Shown here: piece after piece, positions 13,101 to 26,057 of the stretch
Position numbering within the stretch: position 1 is the first letter of the stretch
Layout of the letters: each line of letters begins with the position of its first letter
Source of the DNA: Eutreptiella sp. 'Long Island Sound 2002'
Taxonomy: Eukaryota; Protista; Euglenida
Assembly (NCBI GenBank): GCA_964036045.1
Contig: OZ038379.1
Span: 55,862,001-55,926,000, forward strand
Direction: 5' to 3'
Length of the DNA stretch: 64,000 bases
Notes under the pieces: model-generated
Databases searched by the model: none
What the model was told of the DNA's origin: nothing
The model's input: only the letters and a program-made list of their open reading frames with translations
Translations under genes and position numbers: made by a program

Positions 13101-13392
13101 GCGAAATTCATGCGAAATTCGCGTTCGCCTAAATCATGTGAATGGGAGTGTGAATGTACCTATGAATGAGAGTGTGGATGTAATTTGTTGTGCATCGGGG
13201 TGTGATTGTGAACATCGGACCAAAGTGCATTTGTGAAGGTCAGTTTTTCATAAATTTTACGAGAAGAGAGCACAGCAAATGGGCACGATAGCAAGGCATA
13301 ATGCAAAGAATGAGTCCAAAATTGGTAAACTACAGCCCAGATTCAAAGAGACAGCTCACAAGAGGTACGTGATGAGCACAACGGAGCACGTC
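10114..13392 (-). mobile_element. Unclassified transposon-like element, copy A (GACGTGCT terminal motif; GTGAAT/TTCGCAC subterminal arrays)
   Basis: GACGTGCT at 10114-10121 and its reverse complement AGCACGTC at 13385-13392. Motif arrays at 10134-10225 and 13075-13230. Decayed minus-strand ORF pieces are homologous to 55217-55681 (N-terminus) and 25810-26058 (C-terminus). Confidence 0.55.
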
Positions 13393-13419
13393 ACACCCCA
13401 AGACCCCACCCAGAATGTC

Positions 13420-14700
13420 CCTTGAGCCTTGGCATCCTACAATGGGCCTAATTCGGTAAAAATGCCAAACCTCATGATACAAGTCCTCTAACGCCGTGGG
13501 CTCTCGTCCCAAAGGACATCTCCCCTTTGCTTCTGCACCCTTGTGGGCCAACGTAGACAAAAATGCTCATCTTCGTGGCTAGGTCCCCAAAGCCCTTGTG
13601 ACCTTCATTTAGTTGTGCACCCTAGAATGGGCCACCGCGGACAAAAATGCGAATTGTTCCAAACAAGGTCCTCGGAGCAAGTTTGCCACCGACCTTCCAT
13701 TTCTTTTCCCTTCTCTCAAGCGCCCCCTACGGTACATTAACGGCAATAAACAACCGTCCAAGTTTCCATGAGTTTACGATAGTGGATTATATTTAGGGTG
13801 CTGCATCCCAAGATAATTTCCTTGTGCTTTAGAACCTTTGATTGGGCCCAAGTGGCCCAAAATGCCAACCTTCGCACCCCAAATCCTCAAAGCCCATGTG
13901 CTGCCACCCCTCAACTATTTATCCTCCTCCTTGGGATCCCCTAGGGTACAAAAAGGGCGTTGTCCACCACTCCAAAAGAGCTGGGAGGAGAGGGGCAAAG
14001 GGGGTAGGAGGAGTCCCGCCGTGAATTCTTGCATTGTTTTTCCACTTTGACCCCTTTTAGTGTGCACAACTAGGTGGTAATTATCTTTGGCTGGGGCGCC
14101 AGAGATATAACCTAGTCCTGTAAACTCATGGAGAGGTGGGGGGTTGGAGAATGTGTTGTATGGACCCTAGGAGGCAGCAAAGAGAGGGGGAAAGAGTTCT
14201 AAGGCCCGGGCCTCACGCGCTCTGGACTTGGGCAAAGAAGATTGACATTTTTGTCCACTCCGGCCACTTGGAGGGTACAAAAGAACGGGAGAATAATCCT
14301 GGGGGAAAGGCACCTTAATTGAGACATACTCTTGGGAGCTCATGAAGGTTTCTAGGGCTGCATAATGCTTTTTGTGTACCCTGGGCGGCCCCGAAGAGAA
14401 GGGGAAAGAGTTTGGAGGCCGGAGGCACGCGCTCTTAAACGAGTCGGGCCGTGAAGGTTGCCATGTTTGCCCACTTTGGCCCATTCTAGGGTGGTAAGCA
14501 CGGGAAAATTATCTTGGGCTGGGGCACCCTGAATATGACATACTCTTGTGAGGTCATGAAGACTTAGTGGGTTATATAATGCTTTTTGAGTACCCAAGGG
14601 GAGCCCAAGAAAATGGAAAAATGTTGGCGGCCGGGCGCACACTAGAGAAATTAGGCCGTGAAGCTCTACATTTTTGTCCACTTCGGTCCATGCGATTCTG
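13420..14700. repeat. ~200-210-bp satellite-like array with an orientation switch near 14000
   Basis: Reverse-oriented units at 13420-13990; forward TTTTGTCCACTTTGGCCC...CTAGGGTG-like units at ~14033, 14247, 14463, 14670. Confidence 0.7.
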
Positions 14701-17095
14701 GCAATTGCGACTGTAGGTCGCCCACTCGTTACTGCAACTTAACAGGATCTGCTCTCAGAGTCATCCGTCTGCTCACATGACACAACTTCACCAATCTATT
14801 CATTTTTGTTGTTGATCTTGGTATAACCCCATGCGCTCCACCAATTTTCCTGAATGCTCTGCTAGCAGCTTCTGATGATTCTCCCCCGGGTCCATGGAAC
14901 CTCAGCCCCCATGTCTCCATGCTTAGTGCCCAATCAACCCCTTTGGGTGTGCAATGCCTGAAGCTTGGCCAACAACCTTGGCATAATGTCCCCCAATCCT
15001 TCACAGGAACCTCCGAAAACCAAGAGGCAAAATAGATTCCAATGTGGAGGATGTGTGGCATAGCCAAACTTGTTCAAATCTTCTCTCTTTAGCCCAACCG
15101 CAAGCATCTAGGCTGTGCCGCACAACAAGACATAGTGTGTTGCATCCATCTTTCCTCATGGGTGCCCCTATAGTTTTGTGTGATTGGTGTTGGTTTTCCA
15201 CCACCCTTAATGTAGCGAATTATGTTTTTTGTGCCTGGCACATCAGTAGATGGAGCAAAAAAAAAGGCCTTCATATTGACTCTCCACAACCAAACCCTTC
15301 CCTCCACAGTGGCAATACTTCCCATCAACGATCTATAGTGCGAGGATTCACCCTTTTCTCAGATGTTGCATTCCCCTTGTGCCATGGCTTTTCAGGCATA
15401 TGCTTGACTCGCTCTTTGGGTGTGAAAATCTTGCACCATCCCAACTCCTTGGAAACACCCCTCTTTCCGGTGGCAAAGAGATGCAAAGAAAGCACCTTCA
15501 AAATTGTGCTCTCCACAACCACTGCACCCCACACCACTGCCCACACCACCATCACCTTCCTTTGCCACCCCCTCCTTCACTCCTTTTGGTGAAACCCCAC
15601 ATGCAAATAATCAACAAAATGGAGCTCAACCCTAAAGCATGTAGAATAATGATGAATCAAGACAATCCCCACACACTTTTGAAGAAAACACTATGGTGGC
15701 ATGTTGTGTCATGCCGCAAGGGGTGGGGCTACAACATTCACTGACTGAACTGGCAAATGAAAAGGCTTTGGAGAAGCAGGGGCTGTTATCATGAGCCTTA
15801 CCCCATGGTAATGAACGTTTTGGACATTTGTGCACAAGTGCAACAATTATGGGCCAAAGGTGGTGTGAGTCGTCACACAGTTCAATGCTGTCACACAGTT
15901 CAATGCTGGGTGGCCATGACCTTGCCCCAGTCGGCCGACAAGTCCAAAGCCAACAACTAGCATTGCATACACGCAGGCACAATCCATCAGATATGCTGAC
16001 CTAAAGGGGGCAGGACAGGTTGTTGAAACATCCTGAAATACACCAAAAAGGCAGGTATTACCTGGCCATACGGCCAGAAGCCCAGGAGGGTAGGTTTTAG
16101 GGAAGCTTACTTTCCCTGCCAACAGGAATCGGCTAACTGCTGGTGGCTACCCATGAGTATATTGGTTTGCATTTTCCACTGGGTTTTTTTGCCAATGGGG
16201 CGGGGGGCTTTTGTTGTTCTTCATTGGTTCCTAATAGGGGTTCCAACTGTTGGGGCGAGGGGATCCCAGATCTGACTTGAAAGGGGGGACGGTCAAAACT
16301 GGATCCCCCTCACACTTTGTGACCATGAGACAACAAATCACGCTGCAGAGGCTATTAGATGGAAACCAGACGGCCCGCAGAACATTGGAAATGCTGCATA
16401 CCCTCCTTTTGGAGCCCATTGGTGTACCACAGCCAAGGGGGCTTCGATTTATGGTTCAACCCCTTGTGCTTCTTGGAGTGCACTCTGTGCATGTGTCCGG
16501 AAGTGAACTGCATACACTGTACCTCTCTTTCCCCATTTTATTTTGCGCATGAGACAGAAGGCCACATTAACAACATTTATGTTGCCTGCGTTGTTTTTAC
16601 AAAACTGGGCAGGCATTGTATGACCACCATGATGAAGTAAACTGATGCCTCACCCACCATTGACCAAGATGGGGACTAGCCATCATGGGAGCAGTAAATG
16701 AGAAGTTTGGCCACTCACCCTTGGGCAAGGTGAGTGGATTATTGCAACACTGTCTTTCAAAGCAAACCTGCTTGGGCAATGTAGTACCCGTTTTCCGTCT
16801 TGGCCCAAGGGAAGATAGCAGGCAACATTTTTTGCAAACCACAGGTTCGACACCACTATTGAGAGCAGCTTGCTTAAGGACAATACTGGTCCGCCCAAGC
16901 TAAGGGCAACGAACGTCAGCACAATGTGGCATCTCAGGAGCCCTTTGCCACCAATGCCCTTTCTCAGCCTTGTGTGTGTTGGTCTGTAAACTGCCTTGGG
17001 GCAGCCTTGCAAATTCATGGTTTGGCACCTGGACCTCAGGTTGTGGTGAGACAATTGAAATGGCAAACACCATTTGGCCTGTTCCAGCAACACAC

Positions 17096-17254
17096 CTCGA
17101 GTTCTTTAAGTTTTTCGCGGACAGTCATCCATCCTAGGTACTGTTTTCCGGACTGAAAAGCCAGCGTACGCTCTTCAGCATCCCTGGCAGATGTGAATGC
17201 CCCAGTAATCTCACACACCCGGAGATCTTGATCTGGGTTATTGCTCTGCTTGGC
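17096..17254 (-). CDS. LUC7: LUC7-family U1 snRNP-associated splicing factor, internal exon (second zinc-finger region)
   Basis: 159 nt, phase 0-0, acceptor tttcag|G and donor GAG|gtgtgt. Translates AKQSNNPDQDLRVCEITGAFTSARDAEERTLAFQSGKQYLGWMTVREKLKELE, matching the LUC7 pattern KLRVCEVCxAYL..D.D.RL..HF.GK.H.G...IREKL.EL. Confidence 0.82.
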
Positions 17255-17924
17255 CTGAAATTGAAGAATGATGCCTGTGAGTTGCCATGGCTCAGGCCAA
17301 GTCCTAGATAGCTCCTGGATTCTTCTCCAATAGTCCTAATCTGTTACTCTGTTGTTTTTTTCCCTCGGCATTAGTAGGAAAGGCACCCCAGAGCTCTAGG
17401 CAGGAGGGAGTGCCTGTGGGCACCGGCTGATCTTGGTTGGGTGCTTGCAGCTGTAGAGCAACAACCACCCAGCACCTTTAAGCACCCACGTACTACATTC
17501 TCAACTCCATAAAATGCGCCGCCACAACGTGTTGACAGCCGTGGTGGCAAAGTGGGGTAGGGCTGTTTTGCCAGCATTGCAGTGCAGCCAAACAGCTCCT
17601 GGATGCTGCATCATCATTCACCTTTCCCTTGTGCCCCTTGGGGGAGACATGACAAGCACGTGATGTCTATGATTCGCACGCGTTGTGTGGCAGCTATGTG
17701 GTTTACAACTGGTTTGTGCGTATACTTGTGTCCACCTACCGCGCCGATTAGCAAGGACTTCTCATTTTGCCTGTACGCTTCGCTTCCCTGCTCATGCTTT
17801 AGATCTTGTTGCGATGGTTGTTGGTACTTCTTATCAGGGCAGTCCTTAACGAAGGAAAAAAAAAAGTGTTCCTGTATCCAGGTTTCCCAAAAAGGTCGCG
17901 TGTAGCTCATATGTTCAACCATGG

Positions 17925-18155
17925 TTGGTGGCGGTTGGCGGTTGGCGGTTGGTGACGATTGGTGGTTGGCAGTTGGCAACTGGCGGTTGGTGGCAGTTGG
18001 TGGTGGTTGGCGGTGGTTGGTGGTTGGTGATTGGTGGTTGGTGGCGGTTGGCAGTGGTTGGTGGTTGGCGGTTGGTCGCCGCTGGCCGTTGGCGGCGGTT
18101 GGTGGTTGACAGTTGGCGGCGGTTGGCGGCGGTTGGCGGTTGGCGGTTGGTGGTC
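17925..18155. repeat. (GGCGGTT/GGTGGTT)n degenerate microsatellite
   Basis: Direct inspection; the same motif occurs at ~25020-25215 and ~50775-50965. Confidence 0.9.
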
Positions 18156-18379
18156 CCTTTGGGCGGTCCTTAAGGGCAATCCTTAACAAAAAAAAATCTC
18201 GGTCCCAAAGGACCGCCCTGCTTCTTATTGGATGGGCGACACAATGGGGCTCTTTGCATGGCACCACAAGGTATGGGCCCTGCTGGCTGTGGCTTCTTCT
18301 TGGATGGGTGACACAACGGGGTTGGATGCAGCGCACCACAAGGTCTTGGAACTGCCGGCTGTGGTGTTGTCGTCGGGCA

Positions 18380-19480
18380 CGGCCTATGGTGCAACTAGGC
18401 ATGGTCCGCTGGATAGCTGGGAAACATTGGTGTGTGCGGTATGCATACACGATGGCTCCATTTCAGCAACAGGATGGGTTTGCCAGTTTGGGGTGTTGTG
18501 CCTAGGTTATAGTGTGCACCGCGGTGGTTTAGGGTGTGTTGTTATTGTGTCCCCTTGGTCTCGCTGGGCCTCGTCCAACTATGCACTTTACGGTTGTGGG
18601 TGTATTGGCGGGCCACCCCACCACACGGTTGGCTTCCTCATGTAAGGGCATTCTTGGTTGTTTAGTGGGCAGAGCTCCGGCAGCGGTAGTGGGCAACGTG
18701 GTTTCCATACTATTAGGATGTGCCGTTAGAGTGAGATCTCACCAGTGGCATGGATTTATGGTGCCGTATGGATGTCTTCCACCCTGCCGCCTTGCCCCAC
18801 CCCCCACCTTCCCGCCTGAGATACACAACCGCCCACACACACAAGCATTGCTTTTGGTTGGTGTCTTTGGCATGGCCCGTTGGATAGCTCATGGACGAGG
18901 GCGTGTGCGGTATGGTTGTGATTGACTTGAGTTGCATGCCGGGTCTGGCGTGCAGTGGTGTCGTGCCCAGGTTAGTGTGTGTGCCGCTGTGACTTAAGGT
19001 GCATTGTCATTGCATCACTTTGGTGTAGTTGGGGTTGGTCAGCCCTTCCGTTGTTGTGCATGCATTGGCGAGCCCTCTATGCAGCATGGGTTGGCTTTCT
19101 CGTGCAAGGACGTTCTGAGTCAAGTGAGTGGGTGGGGCTTGGTCAATAGTTGTGGGGCAACTTGACTACCGTACCACCCGGTTGCGCCATTGGAGTTCTC
19201 ACCGATGGCATAGATTTGTGGTACAGGTGGGATATTGTCTACCCGTCGCCTTGGTTGATCAGGTTGTCTTTGGTTGGTTAACCCCGTGGCATCTTTTCGC
19301 CGTCATGGCCGCTATCAAACTGGTGTGTGGATGTGTTGCGCCCGGGTTTGTGTGTGCATCGCTGTGACTACTTAGGGTGTATTGTTACTGGGTCGTGTTG
19401 GTGTCGTTGGGCCTGGTCGTTAGTTGCAACGTACGCCTGTGCGTGCATTGGTGAGTTGTCTATGCTACATGCAACTGCGC
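18380..19480. repeat. Degenerate ~450-480-bp tandem repeat
   Basis: CATGG(T)CCG..GGATAGCT...GTGTGCGG...GTG(C/T)CCAGGTT..TGTG...GCTGTGAC.TA.GGTG modules recur near 18400, 18870 and 19300. Confidence 0.5.
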
Positions 19481-20849
19481 AAACTAGTCATACGGCAATC
19501 ACGTTGCCCATAATAACCATTGCCCAACGCGCAACCATTGCTTGCCCACAACCCTAGCCGGAAGGCCCTTGTACGAGGAAGCCGGCCTTGTGGCCCACTA
19601 AACTAGCACGAAGGCCCTCACAGGAGGAAGTGAAGCTAGTGAGTATCACTTGTGGCGTACATTTGTGTTTCACTAAGACATTTTCCAGCCACCGGTCCCC
19701 CCCCCCATTGTGGCGTTTGGTTGGTCTCCCACGTGGGACCTTTTTGCTATATTGCGAGGCGGTACGCGTAAAGGCGGCAACGTACATTGGTTGGCTAGAG
19801 GATGTACGCGGAGTGGCTGCACTGTCCAGCGTTGGGGTTGGTGGGTTTTCCAACCCTGGGGACCAGGGGGAGAGCATTGTGGTTGGACCACTCCCCCCCA
19901 AAAGGCTCAATTGACAAGAATCCCCAAAACCAACCTGGGTGCTTCTGTGGTCTCAATGGAGGGGAAGGGGGGTGGAGGGGCAACTGTGACGGCCGAAGGG
20001 GGTGGGGGGGACTGTCCCAAGGGGTTGATTGGGGAGGATGGCATGAAGGGAGACACTTTGGTAGGGTTAGGGGACGGCTAAACAGAACCCAAACACTAAT
20101 CCTCACCTAAGGGAACACTTCCGTTGAGCTGCATGCACCACAAGGTAATGATAATTAGCTTCGGTGTCCACTATTAGGGGAAGGAATGACCAAACAAAAA
20201 AAATGTGCACGTTGATCTACTTACATCATGGCTCGTCACAGATGATATCCTCTAATCTACACCCCTCTCCCCAACTCTACGTGGCGGAGCATGGCTCTTG
20301 GTGGCCACAAGCGTGCACGCTAGAAAATGGCCTTGAAAGGATTTTGACCAGCTAAGACTTGGGTTTGATGGCCAAACCGGACCAAAACGGGCTCAAAATC
20401 AGCTCAATGCACTTGCTTGGGCATCCAAAGTGGTTGAGGACCACTTTTGGCAAACCGCGCTTTGACCCATTTTTGACCCAAAATTGGTCCAAAATAGCCC
20501 ATTTCCAAGGATTTTTGGTGGGTCATACCATTCCCAAATAGCCCAGGCTCAATCTAGTTGTTTTGGCGTGCCAAATGGTCTAAGACCATTTTTGGAAGAA
20601 ATGATTTTTCTACACCGCGTTGACATGGAGGGGCCGAAAGCTTCGACGCAACCTCACTATTTGCTGAGCCGGGCACCGTTACGGGAGTCTAGGCATGTTT
20701 CAGCGATTTGGAGGGGTGGAACCCACATAAAGAGGGGCCGTTGCGAGTAGACTAGTTAGTTGCCCAAAGTACCTTGGTTCTAGGGCCGCACAACCCAAAA
20801 TTGCACACATGTTGAGCATTTTGGACATTTTTTTGTGCATTTCTGGGAC

Positions 20850-22380
20850 ATACTATGAGTCAGATGGTAACAATAGGAAACCAAATTGGTTGCAGTCTAC
20901 ACCATCCGTGTCGAATGAGTTTCGGGAATATTTCAGGCAAAAATGGCTACTTTTTTTTTGGGGGGGGGGATTGCACACTTTTGGGAGGGCACCTTTGGAC
21001 TTGGCACCCGCGCCCCAGGTTGCCCAAGTGTCTGGGGGCTTACACGTAAAATTTGGGAAGGCCGTTTGTGAATGCAAAAGATGGCTAGAGGAGAGTGGAG
21101 CTCGAAACGGTGGGTGTGAGAGTTGGAGGGTTGTTGTATAATGCTTTTTGTGTATTCTAGGAGGCGCCAAAGAGAAGGGAAAAGAGTTGGGAGGCCAGGG
21201 GCACATGGGCTGAGAAGCCTGGGCCATGAAGGTGGGCAGTTTTGTCCATTTTGGCCCTTTCTAGGATGCGCAACCTAGGGGGAATTATCTCCCTAAATAT
21301 GATGTACTCTTGTGACCTCATGGAGAGATGGATGTTTGTATGATGCGTTTTGTGTACCCTAGGGGGCGGCAGAGAGAAGCAAAAAGATGGAAGGCCGGGG
21401 GCCCACAAACCCGAAGGATTTGGGCCGTGAGGGTGGGCATTTTTGTCCACTTTGGCCCAATTTAGGGTGCAGTCACTACAAGGGGGGAATTGTTTGGGAT
21501 GCCCTAAATGTGACATGCTCTTAAAAGTTGGTGGACACTTGGAAGGTTGTATATTGGCTTTTACGTACCATAGGCGGCACCAAAGAGAAGGGAAACGACT
21601 TGGGAGGCTGGGGGCACATGGGCCCAAAGCACCTAGGCCCCAAAGGTTGGACTTTCGCCACTTTGGCCCCTTCTAGGGTGCAGAAGCAAGGGGGAATCAT
21701 CTTGCGGGTGCTCCCTGAATTACGACGTACTGTTGTGAATTCATGGAGCTTCCAGATCGCAGCCACTTGCAGGTCCCCCATGCCCGGCAGGAGGGGCGGG
21801 TTGACAGTGTACCCTTTGCCCTTCCCGGCGCCCTGTTCAGTTGCCTTTCCGTTCAGAAATGGAAACTTGTGCTCATCACACTGGTCGATGTGAAGGCTGA
21901 TATGCTGCTTGGAGGGTTGTATAATGCTTTGAGTGCACCATAGGGGAGCGCGGAAGAGATGGGGCAAAGAAGTGGGAGGCCCGGGAGGACTTGGCCCGTG
22001 AAGGGTGGTAATTTTGTCCCCCTTGACCCATACTAGGGTGCAAAAGCAAGGGGAAATTATGCTGAGGTGGGGTGCCCGAGACATGACCTACTTCTTTGGG
22101 TGCATGGAAACTTGGAGGGTTGTATAATGATTTTTGTGTCTCCACGGGGTGCAAAAGAGAAGAGAAAAGAATTGTAAGGCCAATGCCACACCGGCTTTGA
22201 CGACTTGAGATGCCAAAATTCACTTTTTTGCCCACTTTAATAGTTTCCGGGGCGCACATGCAGGGGCTGTAGGGACACGGGCTTAGAGGACTTGGGCCGT
22301 GAAGTTTGGCAGTTTTGTCTGGGGGGCTGAATCCCGGTGTTAGAGGGAAGAGGTAAATATCTTGGGGTAACATATACTTG
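20850..22380 (+). repeat. ~200-bp satellite-like array
   Basis: TTTTGTCCACTTTGGCCC..CTAGGGTGCA...GGAGGGTTGTATAATGCTTTTTGTGTA...GAGAAGGGAAAAGAGTTGGGAGGCC-like units at ~21240, 21440, 21655, 22010, 22220. Confidence 0.8.
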
Positions 22381-22574
22381 ACGTAGGCTTGTCACCTTTT
22401 GGATGGGGGGGGGGGGGGTTAGCTTAAGGGCATATGTCACTGCGCCACTTGTCCTGCGTCCAACACTTTACCTTGAATTTTCCGAGAAAACATACTACAA
22501 AAATTAGGATTTTGCGTCCAAAAAATTTTGCGACATTTGATTGCGGGTGTCGCCGCGGGTCGTGTAGGCAACGC

Positions 22575-22690
22575 CGACACGAGCTGCGGGCAAAAGGAAA
22601 GGCACCCATGACGGGTCAGCCGTCTGGGGAAAACTTACATCAGCCGTGGGTAAAATTACGGGCACCCATGACGGGCAGAGGGGACGAAGT
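22575..22690. repeat. ~60-bp repeat family (second cluster at ~23925-24075)
   Basis: GAGCTGCGGG.AAAA...GCACCCATGACGGGTCA units occur at both locations. Confidence 0.55.
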
Positions 22691-24649
22691 ATACGAGACA
22701 AGAAAAACCAAAAAGAGGTGGGTGGTTGCACATCCACAATACGCGGGCCGCGTTGTGGGGTGGCCATGGCCGGTGGGGGTGGGGAAAGTTGGGGCAGGTT
22801 TGGGGACGGCAGGGCAAGGGTGGTTGCAGCGACAGCAGTTCGCGGAACACATTCTCAGCATCCCGTGATGATCATTCCCCCTTGTTGCCAACTTGTAGCA
22901 ATTTGGAAAGGTACCCCCACCCTGTTGGGGGGTGGGGTGGGGGGGCAGGGACATGGGGAGAAAGGGCAATGTTTGCGACGGACTAAAAGTATGCTTGGCC
23001 TTTATCCCTCTAGAAGAAGCCCGCAACCAAAATGACAATAGGGAGCAGGGTTGGAGAGGGGAAGCAGCTATGTGCATGGAGCGTGGCTTACTTATCTACT
23101 AATTGCTCAACCCTGCATGCGGCACCACAATGATCCGGACAGACGGTTGGGCGGGCCTCCTCCGTGTTGAACATGCTCCGCGCACGACCGCCCCGGTGCC
23201 CTCCAACTTTGGCGGTTCCGCTGGTCCGGGGCCCTCGTATTGGTAGTGCACCTCCTTGAGGTGTGTGCTGTCATCAGGTCCCGTGTCAGGCGTGGTGTGC
23301 TTCAGGAAGAAATGGTCGCTATTGTTTGGCAATTCAAACTTGTGGCACTGTGGAACGCAAAACGAGGCACGAAAAAGAGGCAAAAGGGAGCTTGTGTGAT
23401 TGTATCGGCCACAACCTCCACTTTGCACGGTCCCATGTGGCTGGTGTTCGGAAAACATGTGCAACAAGCACAAAACACAGCAAAGCACACCCAATTGTAA
23501 TAAATAGAGTGAAAAACACTTCATGTTGCACAAAAAGCGCACTTGTCCATGCGTTGCGGACCACACCAGTCCACCTGTCGTTCTTCCCTCCTAGCCACAA
23601 GGCTCTGCGGATTGCTGTCTTGAAAAGGGGTTGGGTTGGTTGCCAGCCCAACCAAAAAAGGGAACGAAAAATTTTGTCATCTCCATTAAAGAGTTCGGGG
23701 GGCAAGGGTCAACATGCAGTGTATGTGATAATTTTGTCGGGCAGAACATTGAAAAATCTTGCGCGAGTGGAGATGACATTCCATTTCACAGAAAGGAGCA
23801 TGCCGGTTGGACCTAAAGAGTACACTTTTCTCACCTTGCACAAACGTCACTGGAAAAGGGGGGGGGGGGGATAACAACATCCTTCTGGCATCCTTTTGTT
23901 TTGCCTCCTTTTCATGAATGCAAAGCCTACACGAGCTGCGGGGAAAATTACGCGCACCCATGAAGGGTCACCCATGTAGGCAAACCTACACGAGATGCTG
24001 GTGAAATTAAGGGTAGCGATGACGGGTCAACCGTGCAGAGAAAGCCTGCATGAGCTGCGGATAAAAGTATTGGCAAGCTTGATGAGGCGTTTGAAGGAAA
24101 TGGCCACTCAAATACCGTGGAAATTGACGGTGTGTTTTACGGTGAATTTTACATGTGGTTTGAACCCCGCCCTCTTGCATGGCGAAAATTGCGAAGCATG
24201 ATTTCGACGTACGACGAGCACTACAGCGACAAGTGGTGGTGGGGGGGGGGGGGGGTCAAGGGGGCTGTCAAGTTCGGTTTCTCGTCTTTGGGGGGCCCGG
24301 GCCGTGCGGGCAAGAAAGCTCACGACATGCACTCCCTCGGCGCAAGGGAGTAGCGGTTGTATGGCCCCTGTGGCTCGGAGGGCAACGGATGCACGCCGCT
24401 TTTGTGATGCAGGGGGCACCTCGGAAACAGCGGTGGTGGTGGTGGGGATAGCAAGAAAGTGTGTGTGTGGGGGGGGGGGAGCGTATGTAAATGTTTTTTT
24501 TTGCAATCAGTCGTGCAGATAACATGCCTCTGGCGAAACGGGCAACATTAGACATCTATAAAATGCAACAACGAGATTTGCAACCTTTTGATTTATGACT
24601 ACTTCCTACTTGATGCTAGGCAACAAGGCTGACCCGGAATCCCCAACAA

Positions 24650-24853
<204 letters not shown>

Positions 24854-26057
24854 TGTATTGCAATGTGGATGGTTTGCCTTGCTTTGTGACGTCTTGCACG
24901 GCATTGCAAAATAAACTAGTTTGGTAAGCAAGGCAGTGCTTAGCGCAAAAAAAAAAAGTTCTACATGGCTCTCCCCAAAAAGCCCGCCGGGGCACCATGT
25001 TTTGGTGGTGGGCGTTTGGCGGTTGGCGGGTGGCCACTAGCGGCTAGTGGCGGTTGTTGGTCGTTGGCGAAACTTGGTCGTTTAGGATTGGTGGTTGGCG
25101 GTTGGCGGTGGCTGGCAATTGGCAGTTGGTTGTTGCTGGCCGTTGGTGGCGGTTGGCGGCTGGTGGCTGGTGGCGGTTGATGGTTGATGGCGGCTCGTGA
25201 TTGGCGGTTGATGGTCCCTTGGGGCCGTTGCAAATGGCGGTCCGTCACAAAAAAAAAAACTAGTCCCCTAGAGAGCCCCATGTGCGAGGAATTGACGTGC
25301 TTGAGTTGGAACGATGTATAGCACTCACAGCAGCACCTGCTAGGCCATCAACAACGATGAAATGGTCTTTGTCACTATGTTTCGCGGTGCCAAGTGTGTG
25401 GCACACTTGTTGTGTATCAATATTGCAAATGGTGATACCCTTTGTGAATGCATGATAACGCTCCTTTTGATTGGCGTTGAACCGAGTGCATGTGGCCGTG
25501 TTTTGCCATATAGACCCCCTTCCCGCCCCTCTTACAAGGCAAGTAGGTGCCCAAAAATTCTATAAAACTATTCACTGGAGTACTACAAACAAGGAGGACG
25601 ACCTCTCTTTGATGCACTACAGCCCCATTTTTCTTCCATTCCCATGGGTCCAAACCTACATCCTGCTTGTTACCCTACGGAAGCGAACCTAATGTGAATT
25701 TCGCGCGAGTTTCGCGCCAAATTCACATTCGATGAATTCCCACATGATAAGACACAAGACAACATGGTATGCAAAACGAGAGATATCATTTCGTGAGATA
25801 GTTCCTGTGTCAACGCTGCCTCTTCCAGGTCCGGAACGGCTGCTGCAAAGTCTTAACATAGCCTAGTTCACTAAGTTCCTTTCGGCGCGCTCGAGCGGCA
25901 CGGAGTTGCACACCTATGGGGCCTTGGCCGCGCATGCTCCGCTTGGTGGGATCCCATCCGTCCCGGCTGAGACTATCATCAATGGTGCAGCAAGCCCAAG
26001 CTTCCCCGCAAGACTTAGGCGGCCCTATTACTTGGTGCCAAAATTGCCATAGTTCCA
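24854..26057. repeat. ~1.2-kb dispersed duplication, copy 1 (partner 50612-51777), anchored on (TA)n
   Basis: Starts TGTATTGCAATGTGGATGGTTTGCCTTGC in both copies; collinear high similarity through the GGCGGTT tract, the ATTGACGTGCT motif and the decayed ORF end. Confidence 0.9.
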
